A DNA stretch of 64,000 bases from Yuukianura sp. NJ FZ-2021 (GCA_046563655.1 CM102289.1:9238001-9302000), one strand, 5' to 3'. Shown: positions 50,101-62,211, counted from the first letter of the stretch. Made by a program: numbers and translations. Notes: generated by a model not told the origin, from the letters alone.

Positions 50101-53100
50101 ACAGCGGAACGTTCGAGTGTCAAGTAAGTCACAGATTTTAAAAGTAACTCAAAAGTAATTAGTTGTAATTATTATAATTAATATATTTATAGCAACAGTA
50201 ATTTTATATGAATTATATGCTAAGCTGACCATTCTGATTTTTAGGTTAGCACGGAGCCTAAAATAAGTATGGCGTTTCAATTGAGCGTCGTAGGTAAGTT
50301 GAAATTTTGAAAAGAAAATTTTGGAGAAAAATTTTTTGTTGCTAATTTTTTTTGGAATGAATGAAACCTTTGTTATACAAAAATTATTATGAGAGCCAAG
50401 AAACCGGATGGAGGGAAAAGCCATTACATTACAGAAGAGAAAGTTCGGTTGTGATTTATTGCTTGGTAAAAGTAATAAGCCCCAGAACATACTGCAACAG
50501 AGTTTGAAATATTTCGAAAAAATTAATTTCGGTTTTGGAAACTCCAAAAAGTTCACAGTTCAACACTGTTTGACCTTTTAACATTTCAGTCTAGTTTGAA
50601 TTTTGAAACAAAAACTTCTTTGGATTTAAGTTTTTCAAAAACCAGCCATCGCAGTAACTGATATTTGCTAAATAATACAATTTTTTTTTGTACTTTTCAG
50701 TTTTAAAAAAGCTGTTTTTTTTTCTAGCTGAGAATATTTATATCCTCCGTCTGTTGCCAGTTTGGAAGTTTACTGAGTTTTTGGCACGGAAGTTCAAAAT
50801 TAAATTAACATTATCTTATTCCCTCCCTTCATCTCCTCGTCTTCACTTTTCAAGCTTTTTCTCTGGTTTAGTTTTTTTTATCTCGGAGAAAGCAAAATTT
50901 GGTTTTCTCCTTGTAGCCTCAAACCCACAAACTTTTTGGCGCGCCTACTTATTTGCGTCTCCCGACTTTTCCTTGTTGTTGGTCCTTAAAGGCTTTTCCC
51001 CAGAGACATTTTTCCTTCATCTCCAACTGCCTTCTTCAAATAACTTCAAGAGAAAGCCAGAATGTTAATCCCAGATTATAAATAAATGCACTCCGGCCAA
51101 AAACCACATTAGTCAGCACAGCCTCTGCTTTCTCCTTTACAAACCTCATTTCAAACAGACAACGCTGTCTCAGGCACGTGCCTTTTCTTCTTTAAACTTC
51201 TTTTCTAATCTGTCTTTAAATTAACCGCAACAGTTAGGCTCATAGTGAGGCTAAAAAGCACTTTTGAAACACAAAGTCAAACTTAAAATACAAGATTTAA
51301 ATTCTTCGCTTTTCGATTTTCTTTTTAAATAATGGCGGCTCCATCTACAGAATCATATAGCCGAATGCATTCGAAACCCTTTGGTCCAAGCATTCCGAAT
51401 GTTGTTGTTATGCTGGAATTCCGGTAATTTGTTTTAATAGTATTTTGAGCTGTGATTACAATTGGGCTGTCACGGCTCAGTGCAAAGGTTTAATAGTTAT
51501 GTTCAACTGGGAATAAAAAAGGAGTAGAATTTGTAATGGAGAGGGTCCCAGGGAGGAAATGTGTCACATTAAGGCACACTAAAACCGCTGCTGCTGTTTC
51601 CAGCGATGCTGTTCCAGCGATTCCAGCGTTCCAGCGATTCTGGAAAAGCTGGATCGCTGGAGACTGGAGACTAATGGCGTACTTGGGTCGAAAGTGCATT
51701 ATGCATACGAAACAGTGTTTAGAGAAGGGAAAGAGAGAAAGTCAAAGGTAGACAAACTGCTGAGAGAGGAGAAGAATGTGATAGTGGTTGAGCGTGAATG
51801 AAGTGTAATCGGTGTAGAATCATTACATTGAAAAATGACACCAAAATTTACATGGGTTTTCACATAGGTTAGCTTTTACTGAAGGATTAGGTTCAAATGA
51901 CATTGGGGATTAGATTGCTCGAGAAAAAGAAATGTGAAAGTTTTGCAAATTTTGAAAAAAAAAATTTTTTTAGAAAGTTGTGAATAATGTAAAAGTTGTT
52001 GTCGTGATTTTTAGTATCCCAAGCGGAAATCCTGGGCAACTCGGAACTACATTTGAAAAGCGGAAGTGATATCAATCTCACTTGTATTGTTCGTCAGACA
52101 CCAGAACCCCCCACGTACTAACACGGATATTTAAATATAATATATTAATATATTATAATTTATTAATTTACTATATTTTTGTATTCTTTGCAGCTACATC
52201 TACTGGTACCACGGAAATCGTGTCATCAATTACTCGCAGCGGGGAGGTCAGGAAATATTTAGAAACAAGAAACTTACGCAATTTTTCAAAAACTCATTTA
52301 TTTTGTAGTCAAAAGCAAAGCTTTTAAACCAAATTGGAGTCCATTGTTCCTAAATCAAAATTTTGAGAGTTTTCAAATTGTTTCAAGAAAATTTTAGAGT
52401 TTGTAGTTATTAGAAAAGGTTTGTCAAGTTTCTTTTAGTTGTGCAACAAATTGTGAGTTTTCAACAAAGAAAGTTTGAGTTTGACGTTCAACAAATTTTG
52501 AGAAATTTTTTATAACTTCCAAAAAAATCATAACAGGTTTCGTTTTGGATAATTTTTGTGTGAATTATAATTTTGCTTTTACTTTTTAGGAATCAACGTA
52601 GTTACTGAAAAACAAACGAGGACTTCACGGCTTTTAATTTCGCGGGCCGAAAAGTCCGATTCCGGAAACTATACCTGTTCGCCTTCTAACTCCGAGTCTG
52701 CTTCAGTTCTCGTTCATGTGCTCAATGGTAACTTAAAACTAACATTTATTATATTATATTAATAATTTTACTTATTATATTAATAATTTTACTTATTATA
52801 TTAATAACATTACTTATTATATTAAGTTTTTCCAAGTTTTATATATCAATTTTAGTAGCAAAAATTTCCAGAAGATTGATTTTTACGAAACTTGATTCCA
52901 ACTCGTAACTTTTTTCTTTCAAAAATGAAACGGAATCGAATTAATCCAAATTCTTTTCATTTCCGATTCTTTTTCCTTTCAACTTTTATTTCCAAAAGGC
53001 ATCACAAAAATCAATCCTTACTTTCTCCTGACGTGAAGAATTAAAGCCCAATTCTTTATCGGTGTGGTGCAGAGAAAGCGAAGTTTCTCCTCCATTTAAC

Positions 53101-55128
53101 TGTACTACCTGCACTCCCTCGTAAACCAAAGGCACCTTGGACTTGGAATCTTTTTTCTTTTAAACCGGGTAATCTAGAGTCCATTGGGCCCAACATCTCT
53201 GGATTCTGCCCATGTCTTTTTAGTAAGAGCTCAAAAGTACACTCTTTTCCCTCGTGGCCTCCCACAAATGGCACGACTTTCACTTTCACTTTCTCCTCAT
53301 ACTTCCAACACAAGAAAAAACATAAAAGTAATAATAATAATGCACACGACCCTACTGACGTTTTTACGCTTCCAAAACTTTCACCAAAAAATTGAAAAAA
53401 AAAAACTTCACTCGGGGTGCTTCACAGGTCAAGCCAAAGTTCAGCAACGCTTTATAAACTTTTTTTTTCAAATTTTCAAATTTTTGTTCTAATTTTTTTT
53501 TTAAATTGACACAATAAGTGCCAAATATGAAAGTGGATGAAAGGAAGTTCGCCACAACGTTTGCATGCATCGACGTTTGGAAATCTGAAATTTTGAAATT
53601 GAAATTCTCTTATAAAAATCAAAGAATTTTGGAGTAATTTTGTCCCACTCGTTTTGTATTCGTGACACAAAAATTCTACGACTGCGTTCTCGTCAAATTT
53701 TTTGAAGTTTTGGAACTTATATGAGAGAACGAGGACCAAAAAAGTAGAAAAAGCTCGGAAATTTTCAAATCCCATGAAATGTCAAATCTAGTCAATCCTT
53801 TACCAAAATTTTTTTGAGAATTCGGTTCAAGTAACCATTTTTTTCATGATTCGGCAATTATGATCATAAGTCACGTTCCTCCAACTGTCATGACAGGAGA
53901 AGACTAGCAAGACTTTTGCGCTCCACGACTCCTAACCAAAGTCCTCTTGGTGGGTTTAGTCCCACCATAGCCCCACCATAGTCCCACCATAGTCTAGTCT
54001 CATTCTAGATCAACTAAGTCCTTCCAGAATCATAATCCAGTCCATGCCTCCACCAAATCGAGCTGTAACTCAATTTAGAACTTCCAGTCCATGCTCTCCG
54101 CTGCTCAAAATCCGATTCTAACACTCCGTGTTCTGCCTTCTGCAAAGTTAGTGTCACGATTCTGACTCAATTGGTTCTTCGTTGTTTAAGGATGAACAAA
54201 AGTGTGGAGAAAAAGCGCGCGGAAAGAGCGTGTTTTGACTCAAAAGCTAACGAAAGTCATTCATTTAGGAAGGAGAAAAAGAACAAAAGGTCCCCTGTGT
54301 AGGGGCTAATTATGCACAATTTTCTCCCGTTCCAGGAACTATGCTAAAAAGAACTTAAATTTCAGGAGGAAATTTTAAATTTTATAAGAACAGGAAGAGT
54401 GTCGGGTTGTAAAAGAAAAAGAAATATGAGCAGATTCTTGGAAAAGTTTTATGAAAAGGAGGTCGTTTTTAAGCCTTTGTTTACTTGTTTCATCTTTCAA
54501 CTTTCTCCATTATTCATGCACGAAACAGGTAGAGAACTTTTTAGTATCTAGAAAGAGCAGCAGGGGAATCTCCATTCATTATTACTTCCTCCAGGGTCCG
54601 TTCAAGAATTACGCATTTACGGAACAACCCCAAAATGGGTGGCTGTACCAGAAAACGTACCAGATTTGGTTCAGTTTTAATTTGGAAACCTTTTTTGAGA
54701 TGCTGAAACTACTTTGCATTATGCCTTCCTCCAAGGTTGTTCACGTATTACGCACTCACGAAAATCCCGAAAATGGGTGGCTGTACCAGAAAACATACAT
54801 AATAGGGTTGGTAACATTTTCTGAGATGCTGAAGCTAGTTTGAGTTTGCGTATCGTTTGTAAGTATTTCAGGTGGATGGGTGGATATTTGGGTGGTTTTG
54901 TGGTGACGTACTTTGTAAAATTTTTCAAAAGGCCGCGTTTTTTTTATTTTAGGGGAACATCCCGCTGCCATGCAACATGGAAACAACAGAGGACGACCGT
55001 TTCGCATTGTGTCGCACCTCCAAGTCTTCGTTTTGAGTCTGCTGGCTTTATGTCTCGGACGGTTCCTGTCTAATCCTAGGCTCAACAGCTACGTTCCGCC
55101 GCAGGTCAACTTGTCCAGAAGAAGGTGA
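17110..55128 (+). CDS. dpr4: Dpr-family (defective proboscis extension response) two-Ig-domain neuronal adhesion protein, dpr4-like, ~301 aa, 8 coding exons
   Basis: Exons: 17110-17179 (MNKQRILLLFSLLSTLLVERIVS, signal-peptide-like, phase-1 GTAAG donor; inferred), 45291-45448 (PYFENSTKRDVTTTVGQTAYLHCRVRNLGDRA), 49962-50123 (VSWIRKRDLHILTVGILTYTGDQRFQSLHSDGTDEWTLKISSPQIRDSGTFECQ), 50245-50293 (VSTEPKISMAFQLSVV), 52015-52114 (SQAEILGNSELHLKSGSDINLTC), 52194-52246 (YIYWYHGNRVINYSQRG), 52590-52727 (INVVTEKQTRTSRLLISRAEKSDSGNYTCSPSNSESASVLVHVLN), 54953-55128 (GEHPAAMQHGN plus hydrophobic tail). Phases are consistent; total 906 nt. Closely matches Drosophila Dpr4 as I recall it. Exons 2-8 are high confidence, exon 1 moderate. 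Confidence 0.88.
19465..19749. mobile_element. Mutator-like (MULE/foldback) MITE with long subrepeated TIRs and a ~9-bp target-site duplication
   Basis: Inverted arms of ~60 bp (CCATTGCTCCGAACAAATTGCTACGAAACCAATTGTTCCGAATGGC versus its reverse complement near 19685-19731). Flanking direct repeats GTCCTACTT (19465-19473) and GCCCTACTT (19741-19749). Confidence 0.8.
29395..29433 (+). promoter_or_regulatory. Putative TATA box plus initiator of receptor copy A
   Basis: TATATAA at 29395-29401 and Inr-like GTAGTT about 30 bp downstream. The same arrangement is conserved upstream of copy B. Confidence 0.5.
29474..32318 (+). CDS. Class A GPCR (FMRFamide-receptor-like 7TM) with signal peptide and large LRR-like ectodomain, copy A, ~855 aa, 4 exons
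   Basis: Exons: 29474-29557 (MYLFRVFSLWVFTFKYLPSLAGGEIRLT), 29679-31503, 31585-31925, 32001-32318; total 2568 nt, GT..AG, in phase. 7TM motifs: GIACNILSTLVLLRKAMHSST, LALACAD, TASVYMTILITVERFVAISKPL, NITRWFE, LPF..N.LI, MLLTVVFVFFVCN, NSSVNFLLYFFMGTKFRKE. The ectodomain has repeated LxxLxL-like segments and several N-x-S/T sequons. Confidence 0.9.
32821..33150. mobile_element. MITE with 18-bp perfect TIRs and internal GATTATAATC / GATTAATC palindromes
   Basis: TAGCTTGTTTCAAATAAA (32821-32838) ... TTTATTTGAAACAAGCTA (33133-33150). The target duplication can be read as TA or AAT, so the superfamily is ambiguous. Confidence 0.85.
35454..35619. mobile_element. MITE, TA-CCGTAAA family
   Basis: TACCGTAAAACTTC ... 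GAAGTTTTACGGTA, 14-bp perfect inverted termini; internal CC(C)GG(G)CTTCTATTT repeated. Confidence 0.8.
37835..37957. mobile_element. MITE, TA-CCGTAAA family
   Basis: Inverted termini TACCGTAAACGTTCTAATAAACGCC ... GGCGTTTACTAGAAATTTTACGGTA. Confidence 0.8.
40921..41366. repeat. Degenerate 29-30-bp tandem array with a TTCCTATTGG core, interrupted by a MITE
   Basis: ATTGG cores at 40930, 40960, 41269, 41298, 41327 and 41357. Confidence 0.7.
41002..41211. mobile_element. MITE, TTAA-CAGGTTG family (opposite orientation to 6503-6715)
   Basis: TTAACAGGTTGGGTAATACC ... GGTAGTATCCAACCTGTTAA. Internal TTTTCATTTCAGG matches the reverse complement of the first copy. Confidence 0.8.
45824..48664 (-). 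CDS. Class A GPCR (FMRFamide-receptor-like 7TM) with signal peptide and large LRR-like ectodomain, copy B, ~855 aa, 4 exons, antisense inside a dpr4 intron
   Basis: Exons: 48664-48581 (MYLFRVFSTWGLIFNTLHSLALGKIRLT), 48457-46633, 46555-46215, 46141-45824. Exon lengths 84/1825/341/318 are identical to copy A, the frame is intact and the 7TM motifs are the same. Confidence 0.9.
48704..48743 (-). promoter_or_regulatory. Putative TATA box plus initiator of receptor copy B
   Basis: Minus-strand TATAAAA at 48743-48737, with Inr-like GCAGTT about 30 bp downstream; aligns with the copy A upstream region. Confidence 0.5.
52747..52825. repeat. AT-rich 21-bp tandem repeat (TTATTATATTAATAATTTTAC), about 4 copies, in a dpr4 intron
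   Basis: Tandem units are directly visible. Confidence 0.85.
54628..54838. repeat. Local direct duplication, ~140-bp spacing
   Basis: AAAATGGGTGGCTGTACCAGAAAAC ... TGAGATGCTGAA occurs twice (about 54628-54711 and 54766-54838). Confidence 0.8.
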
Positions 55129-58100
55129 CATGGACACTAAATTTATACAGTGACTCTAACCCCCCCCCCTTTATACAGAAACCCCCCCCCTTCATACCCT
55201 TCAAAAAACCACCTACGGTGAAAGTTTTTTGGTGAAAGTGGGGCGAACTAAGATTACGCAAAAATCTGAAAAGAGAAAGTGTTTTTGCAAGATTCAAAAG
55301 CTAAGGAAGCAGGAAGCTCTGAAAATGAATAACTGAAGCGAGGCTGTTTCGGAAGAAGGCGGGAAGTGAATTGTCGTCATCAAAACAGAACGAACAACCC
55401 ACGAAGGACTCCTATTTGTATTCCAACCTCGTTTTAACTTTTCAATTATTCAGTGACCTCTGGTGACCTCTGACGCTCCATTTCTGGGCTCCTGCAACAC
55501 AACATACGACTACCACTTTATAAATTTGGGCATGTAAATGATGTTTTTCACTGAAAAAGAGAAGTTACGGGAACCAAGCTTCGCATTTTCCACTTTTTCT
55601 CTTCGTTTTTCAAAATGTAGGGAAACTTTTTAATCTTTTTTGGTTACATGCCCAACCCGAAATTTGAAAATGATGTGAAAGTACGCGCGGAAAAATAAAT
55701 CAGAAGGATTTATGGAATTCAAGTACGCATTGCGGCTAAAAACGGATTTTGGCAGATACGGCGATGTCAAATATTTAATTTACTTTTCCAGTTCCAGGAC
55801 TTCATAATCCTCAAAATTTTCAAAAATTCAGTTTTCAAGTTCCTCCGGCTCTCTATCACTTTTAAAAAAAAGTTTAAAATATATGTTTCTACTGAAATAT
55901 TTAAGTGTCAAGTGCCTTAACTCCTCAATGTTAGGTTATTTAAAATTTAACAAAAAAATTTAATGTGCTAAGTCTATAAAATCCAACACCCAAAAATTAC
56001 AAAATTTCTGGAAGGAACAGAAAATACAAAAAATTAATATTTTTCGTGTTGTAAATTAACGTATAAGATTACTAGAACTAGAATTTAAGCATCGTAATAT
56101 CAGGGATCCAGTTACTCATAAAGTTAATTGAAACAAAAAATTTCATCTTTTCCTTATTTTTTTTTAATTTTTAGTGGTTTGTTAATTAGTTAATTTTAAT
56201 TAGTAAAAAATTTTTAACCTCAAGCATCCTCTCTCTGATCCTGAACAATAACTACCGCTACAGTATTTTAATTTATACCAAAAAAATTTATAATTTTTTC
56301 AGTTTAAAAGTTTTTTAACTTCCATAAAGTGTTAAACCCTTAACCCTTAACTTAAACTATACTCTGAAAACGTATCAAACCAACCAATTTTGTATTAGGA
56401 ATGTAGGAAAAATGTGAAATAAATTGTTAACTTTAAGTACTGGTTGCAGTAAATCATAAATTAAAACTTCCAATTTTACTTCTTTGAGAAAAAAACGAAA
56501 ATTTGTGACACAAAAAGGCAACATAAGTGCACAGTGCAAAGCACACCAATTCAAACTGAGTTTGTAAAAGTTTTTCCGAATTTGAAAACAAAATTGCAAA
56601 ATTTTAACTAGGAACTAAGCACAACATGTCCAAAACACATGTCTAATTTTCATGTTTAAAAATTGAAAAGTTATTATTGTTGAAGCACAGAAATTTTTTG
56701 AATATAAGTTTGACAGGATGTAATTTCCTTGATGGAGAGCGTATTTGTGCGGAATGGTTGCGTAGAGAAAGTGAATAGTGGAAATTGATATGATTGGAAT
56801 CTGAGAGTCATTTCAAAAGTTCCCTCTCGACTCACGGCATGTCGTTGACATGGCAAAGAGCAGAGAGGGGAGAAGGTGATATTGAATTTGTCCAGGAAAG
56901 TGTGCACAAGGAATGTTCTTATCTCCAAGATACTTGGCAGTAGTACTGGCAGTAGTGCTGGGAAATATGAAGTGTTCGAACCCTTCAGGTATGTATTACA
57001 ATGTCATCTTCTCGCATTCCAAAACGCCCTTTGACTTTCAAACCAACAAAATATATTTCATATCCGGAGATATCTGCCTCGAAACCGACGCCAAATTCAA
57101 AATTTCCCGCACAGGTTCAAACTTTCCCGCCATTTGGAAAACCACAAATGCCTGAGAGAGGAGCATGGAAGGAGAAAGTTCTGGAAGGAATATGATTGAT
57201 TCTCTGTCATAAGAATGTGCAATAACTTAAGAACGGAGTCGATTTCTAGCACCGTTATCTCAAAATGTTCCAAACCTAACAAAAAAGTAAGATCAAAAGG
57301 ACTTTCTACTTTCTCCAATGCAGTTTCATAAAAACCGGTTTGCGTATCGCACAAGACGACGACTTTTAGGAAAAAAAAAGTTTCTGGAAATGACCATCCG
57401 TTTGGATCACACTTTTCCATTACTTTCTCCAATTTTCTTTTTCTCCAAAACTCAAAACGACTTTTTTTTTGTCCTAAGATGCTGTCGTATTCACGAAGTT
57501 TTTAAAAATCAAAAAAATTAAAAAATTTTCAAAAAAAAATTGTTTTATACTTTTTATTTTCTGGAGGTGAAACTCATTAGCAGCTTTTCAATTTTTTTTT
57601 TGCATTTTTGCTTCAGAATTTGATAATTTTTACACGGCACTACATTTTTTCAGTGTGAAGTTGTAATGTGTATGAAAATTTTAAGATTCAGGAAATGATG
57701 CTTAATTTTTTTTTTTTTTGAAAATTTGAAAGCTGAAAAATGTAAACTTTTCTTTTTGATTTCGAAAGGTTAGTTAAGTTTGTTTTGACGAAGTGTCAGA
57801 ACAGAAACAATAGAAATTTTGAGTTTAATTTCCTAAAAACTTTGCCAATTTCAAATTCAATTTGGACTGAGGTCCTGCAGACATAGATTTTCCGGTTGTT
57901 TCAAAATTTTGAGTTTTGTTATAATTCAAACCTTCGCGCTTTTGTTCGTTCATGCAAAAGCTCAATTCTGACAGGCGAATGAACCGTGTGGTGCTTTTTG
58001 TTCCAAAAGTTGAACAATTTTGAACTTTTTTTTTCAGGATTGACAAGTTAATGCCTTTCTCTGTCACTCACAAAATGACGGCGGACGCTCTCTTTTGTAT

Positions 58101-58747
58101 GAAAAATTTGATTTGATTTAACCCGCGATATTCAAAAACCAAAAAAAGATGACTTCCCACACGCTTTTCACTTAAAGTTCTTCCACCTCCTAAAAAAGTT
58201 TAATTTGACGTTTTTTTTTTTTGAACTTCCAACCATGACTTTTTCGTCGCACGAGAAAATGGAAAGCAAACCGTAAGTAATTCGGTTCAACTTTTACTTT
58301 TTTCATCTTCCTAAAAATAAAATTCGTTTTGATGGATACGGCCGCCGCAATTTTCATTTTATTTTGAATTTCCCGCTCTTCTGCCTCCTATTCACTCTTT
58401 TTTGAAAAGAATAGTGAAATTGAATTAAAAGAGTGACAGAGGAAATGGGGGCCCTTGACATGTCCCTTAAAACGAACCCCTTTAAGAGCCATTGTCATTG
58501 TTCCCCTCTCTCTTGCTCCACTGATTAGGATACAATTTCATTTTTTCCCGCTTTTTTCAAAAAGTACTCGTGAAAGTTCAAAATCTGAAAAAAGAAGATA
58601 AGAGACTTTTGGTCGTTTTTCATTTTCAAAAAAACGGGTTTTTTAAGACTGCCGGCTCCTAAGCGATTTCTTTGGAAAATGTCCGAAGTCTTGTAAAAAA
58701 TTCAAAGTGACACCCAAATCTTGCAGAATCTTTGAGTAATCTTGAAT

Positions 58748-58831
58748 TCTGGTGCTGCACCATGCGAAATGTGGAGTTCTGGTGCTGCACCATGCGAAAT
58801 GTGGTGCTTTTGGTGCTGCACCATGCGAAAT
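58748..58831. repeat. ~30-bp tandem repeat x3 (TGGTGCTGCACCATGCGAAATGTGGAGTTC)
   Basis: Three visible units, each with the palindrome TGGTGC-T-GCACCA. Confidence 0.9.
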
Positions 58832-61800
58832 ATTTGGCGGGAAAAGTTGAAAGTGGGTGGGTACTTGGTTTGGCTGGGTGCCCAGTCGTTCAGAACAGAA
58901 CAAATGATCGACTGAGACTTTTCCTAAGCTCCCTTCGCATACGCTAATGGATTCTACAAAATCTCATCATCCTTGAACAGAAAAAAAAACTTTGGAGGGA
59001 ATCAAAGTTGAAACAATTGGACATTTGGCAAGGAAAAGAGAAAAGAGCGGGAAAAGTTTAAGTGCCAAAATGAAATTATGGAAGCCAAAACGATTTCCGA
59101 ATGTGGGGCAAGTCGATACAGAAGAAAGTTCAAGACCCTAATGAACAAAAACCACATTTTTTGAACAATTTCTGTGCAATTTGAACAATTTTGAACAATT
59201 GAAAAATAAATGAAAAATTTTACTTTCACCATAAAATTTCTTACTGTTGCCTTCGGAAAAACTTTTTGGTGGAATACAATAGAAGTTTAAAAGTCATGCA
59301 TTTGCGGCTTTTCAAAATTTGAAATTTTGAAAATTCAAACTTTCGCTGATTCTGTAGCTCCCTTTTGTGTTTTTTTTAAAGCTGACAGGTTTTTTCGTTT
59401 TTGACAAAATGAAAATTGATGAGCACCGAAAGTTTTCGGAGGGAAAAGATCCAATAACTGAAAAATCGTGTTTCTTTTTCTTTTTTGAAATTTTTGAGCA
59501 GTGTAGAACCAGGCGCAGTTTTTAGTTTGAAGCCCCCGCGGGCAAGTTTTTATGCAGAATTTGAAGATTTTAAAGTGTGAAACTTGTGTTAATCAGGGAT
59601 CAATATCTTTTAGCATAGAGTGAGCTCGAATTAGGTAATAACCTTAAAACTCTCTTTTAAAAAAAAAGTTTGTGATACTCTCATAAAAAGTTCATTGGAA
59701 AAAGTTTTAAAGCTTCATTAGCCCTTTGAGTGTACCCAAGTAAAAGTCTTTTGTTCAAAAAATTTCACTTTCCAAAAGGTTCGCACCAAAACTGTGCTTC
59801 AAGTTTAGGCTTTTACGAAGTTTTCAAATTTGTACTAACACACCGCCTTCATTCCTGGAGAACCTTGGAAAAAGAAGCCTTTTCAAACAACTTTTGGAAA
59901 AACTTACTTCTGGAGAGTTCAACTTGATTCAAAATTTACAACTAACTTTTAGTGTAACATCCAAAATTCAAAGTCCTTTCAATTCCAAGTTGTATTTGAT
60001 CAAGCGTCGATGGTCTCGTACAGTTTCAAGTTGAAAAGGTAGGAGTTGCATAGTACAAGTTTAAGTTTTTGAAAAGTTTGGCGGGAAATTCAAGACAGCG
60101 GAAAATTCGGAGAAAACCGAAATAAGAAGCTTAGGAGACTTCCTTAATAACTCCGCCAAACAACAGAATGAAAGATCAAATCCGCTCCAGCGTCAAATCC
60201 TGGACAAAACTTGGGTACCTGTCCAGGGACAAGAACTTTCCAGAACCTCTGGACGCTTGGTTTCGGTCTTGTCCAGCCAATCATCACGAAAGTTGATGAT
60301 GTCCACGCTCTGGAACCCCTTGAGACAATACCCGGGTTCATCTTTAACGAATCCGAAGGGCATGGTGTACTCAACTTTCTGAAAAACCTAGACGAGGGTC
60401 AAGTTACATCCAATTCCATTCCATTTGTAAGAAAAACGAAAAAAAAACGCCTTTTCAAAAAAAAATAACACACATTCTTCAAAAACAAAAATAATGGAAT
60501 CCCAACAAATTGTAGAAAGTCGACAAATAAGGAGTTTGTTTAAGAAAGGGAGAAATTTTTATGTTAGAAATTTCGGAAATAGGGGTAGAAATCAATTTTT
60601 TTTTTAATTTTTTGAAACTAAGTTTTGTGTTAACGTTTCCTTTTGAAACCGGGAATTTTGAAAAGCTCTTTTCTCTTTCCGTTGTCATCCGATTGTTCTT
60701 CAAAGGAGTTAGTTAAACCGCATACTTTGCATTTTGATGAGGATCTTTGTAAAATCAGTCAAACAAGAACAATGGAAAGTGAAAGTCCCTGTTCTTAGTC
60801 GTTGGCGGTGAAGATGTGCTGGATGCTGGAGAAATGTGCTGGGGAGAGTACTGGGGAAAGTGTGCGTGAGGTCTTAGGAAATTAGAGAATGCAAAGTACG
60901 GTCAGATCTTTCGCATTTTCTTTTGTCTTGCGATGCGGAAGTGGGCGGAATCGTTTATTTTTGGTTACTAATTTAGCATTTCTCAGAGTTGTTCCGTTGT
61001 GGAATGCTTTGAACCGAGTCCAGGAGTGACACGGTTGTTCCGAATGTAATCAACCGCCGTAGTCTCCACTTTATTTACTCCTTCCGCCACAATTTCCATC
61101 GTGAGCAGAATCATAAACATTCCCAATTACTACTTCTACTCCGCTCTTCCTGTAAAGATGAAAGGAATGTCAGAATAACCATCACTTCCACCAAGAGGTG
61201 CCTTAATTAGACGTTCCAGACCACAGACCGTCATGGAAATTGAGTAAATACTGCTTCGTTTGGAATGTTATTTTAAGTTGAACTTTGGTTTAAGGTCGTT
61301 GGCATTTCTAAACATCAATTTAATTTGAAAATGAAAGAGAACATAACCGGGAACAATTAAAATTATAAGTAATTTTAGTCTAATTTTAGTAATATTTTAA
61401 TAAGCAGTTTACGACATAACAAAGGTTTCTGAATGGTTAAATTGTTGGCTTTCCTCTTAAGTTAATTAAGTCATCAATTAATTGATTGATTAATTACTGA
61501 ATTAGTACTTAATTGATCACTTAATTAGTTGAGTAAACCGTTGTTTTCTCTTATTTGACTTTCACTTTTTTGAATTTTATATTCCCGCGCGCCATCTAAC
61601 AGTGGAAGGGCAAGTTGAGACACCAGCCCGCGAAATTTTTTGAATCAGATGGGAGTAAATTTTGAAAAAAAAGCCGAAAAAAAAAATAAAAAGCAAATAT
61701 AAAAAATGAAGAAACGAGATACGAGAAAGTGATTTAATTTTTAATTTTTTAAAATATGTAACTATGTAATTAATTAATTAAGTTCTGGTCCTGGAATAAT

Positions 61801-62211
61801 TTGAAGACGTTAATTTGAAGGCGTTAGTTGGATCGATAGTCAGTCCAACTGCCGACTACTTCAAAGTTCAGGGCAACTTTTAACTTCTGATGTGTGGTGA
61901 GAACTGTCAGTCAATGCCAACTTCAATATCCATCCAGTATTCAGTACCCAATTTTTGTGATTAAACTTAGTATTTGATTTCCAGGTTCGCCAGCCACTGT
62001 GTCTATCATTGTAGTTGTTCCAGCAAAGGATTGATTTTTGATAAACCGTAGTCCAGCCGGGCAGCCGGACGCCTTAGTAAAGTAAGGTGGCCAGGCCACC
62101 GTGGTCTTACTATTCATTTGAGAGATGAGAAGATGACCTTAACCTAATGCTTTGTTTCAAGTGACGGAATCCTAACTGGATAGTGTGACACACCTCAATT
62201 GAGCTTTTAAA

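Noticed and set aside
56913..57155. ORF with a signal-peptide-like start (MFLSPRYLAVVLAVVLG) and a GTATGT donor
   Set aside because: I could not join it to a convincing downstream exon; nearby acceptors give only short tails with no recognisable motif.
58748..58831. Three ~30-bp palindromic repeats resembling a CRISPR array
   Set aside because: Units are head-to-tail with no unique spacers, there are no cas genes and the context is eukaryotic; it is a minisatellite. The same applies to 8551-8645.
8021..60703. Numerous 60-135-aa F/K/L/N-rich ORFs in the ORF track
   Set aside because: Chance ORFs from A/T tracts, or antisense shadows of real exons (for example 30677-30973, 31946-32218, 45924-46187, 49888-50073).
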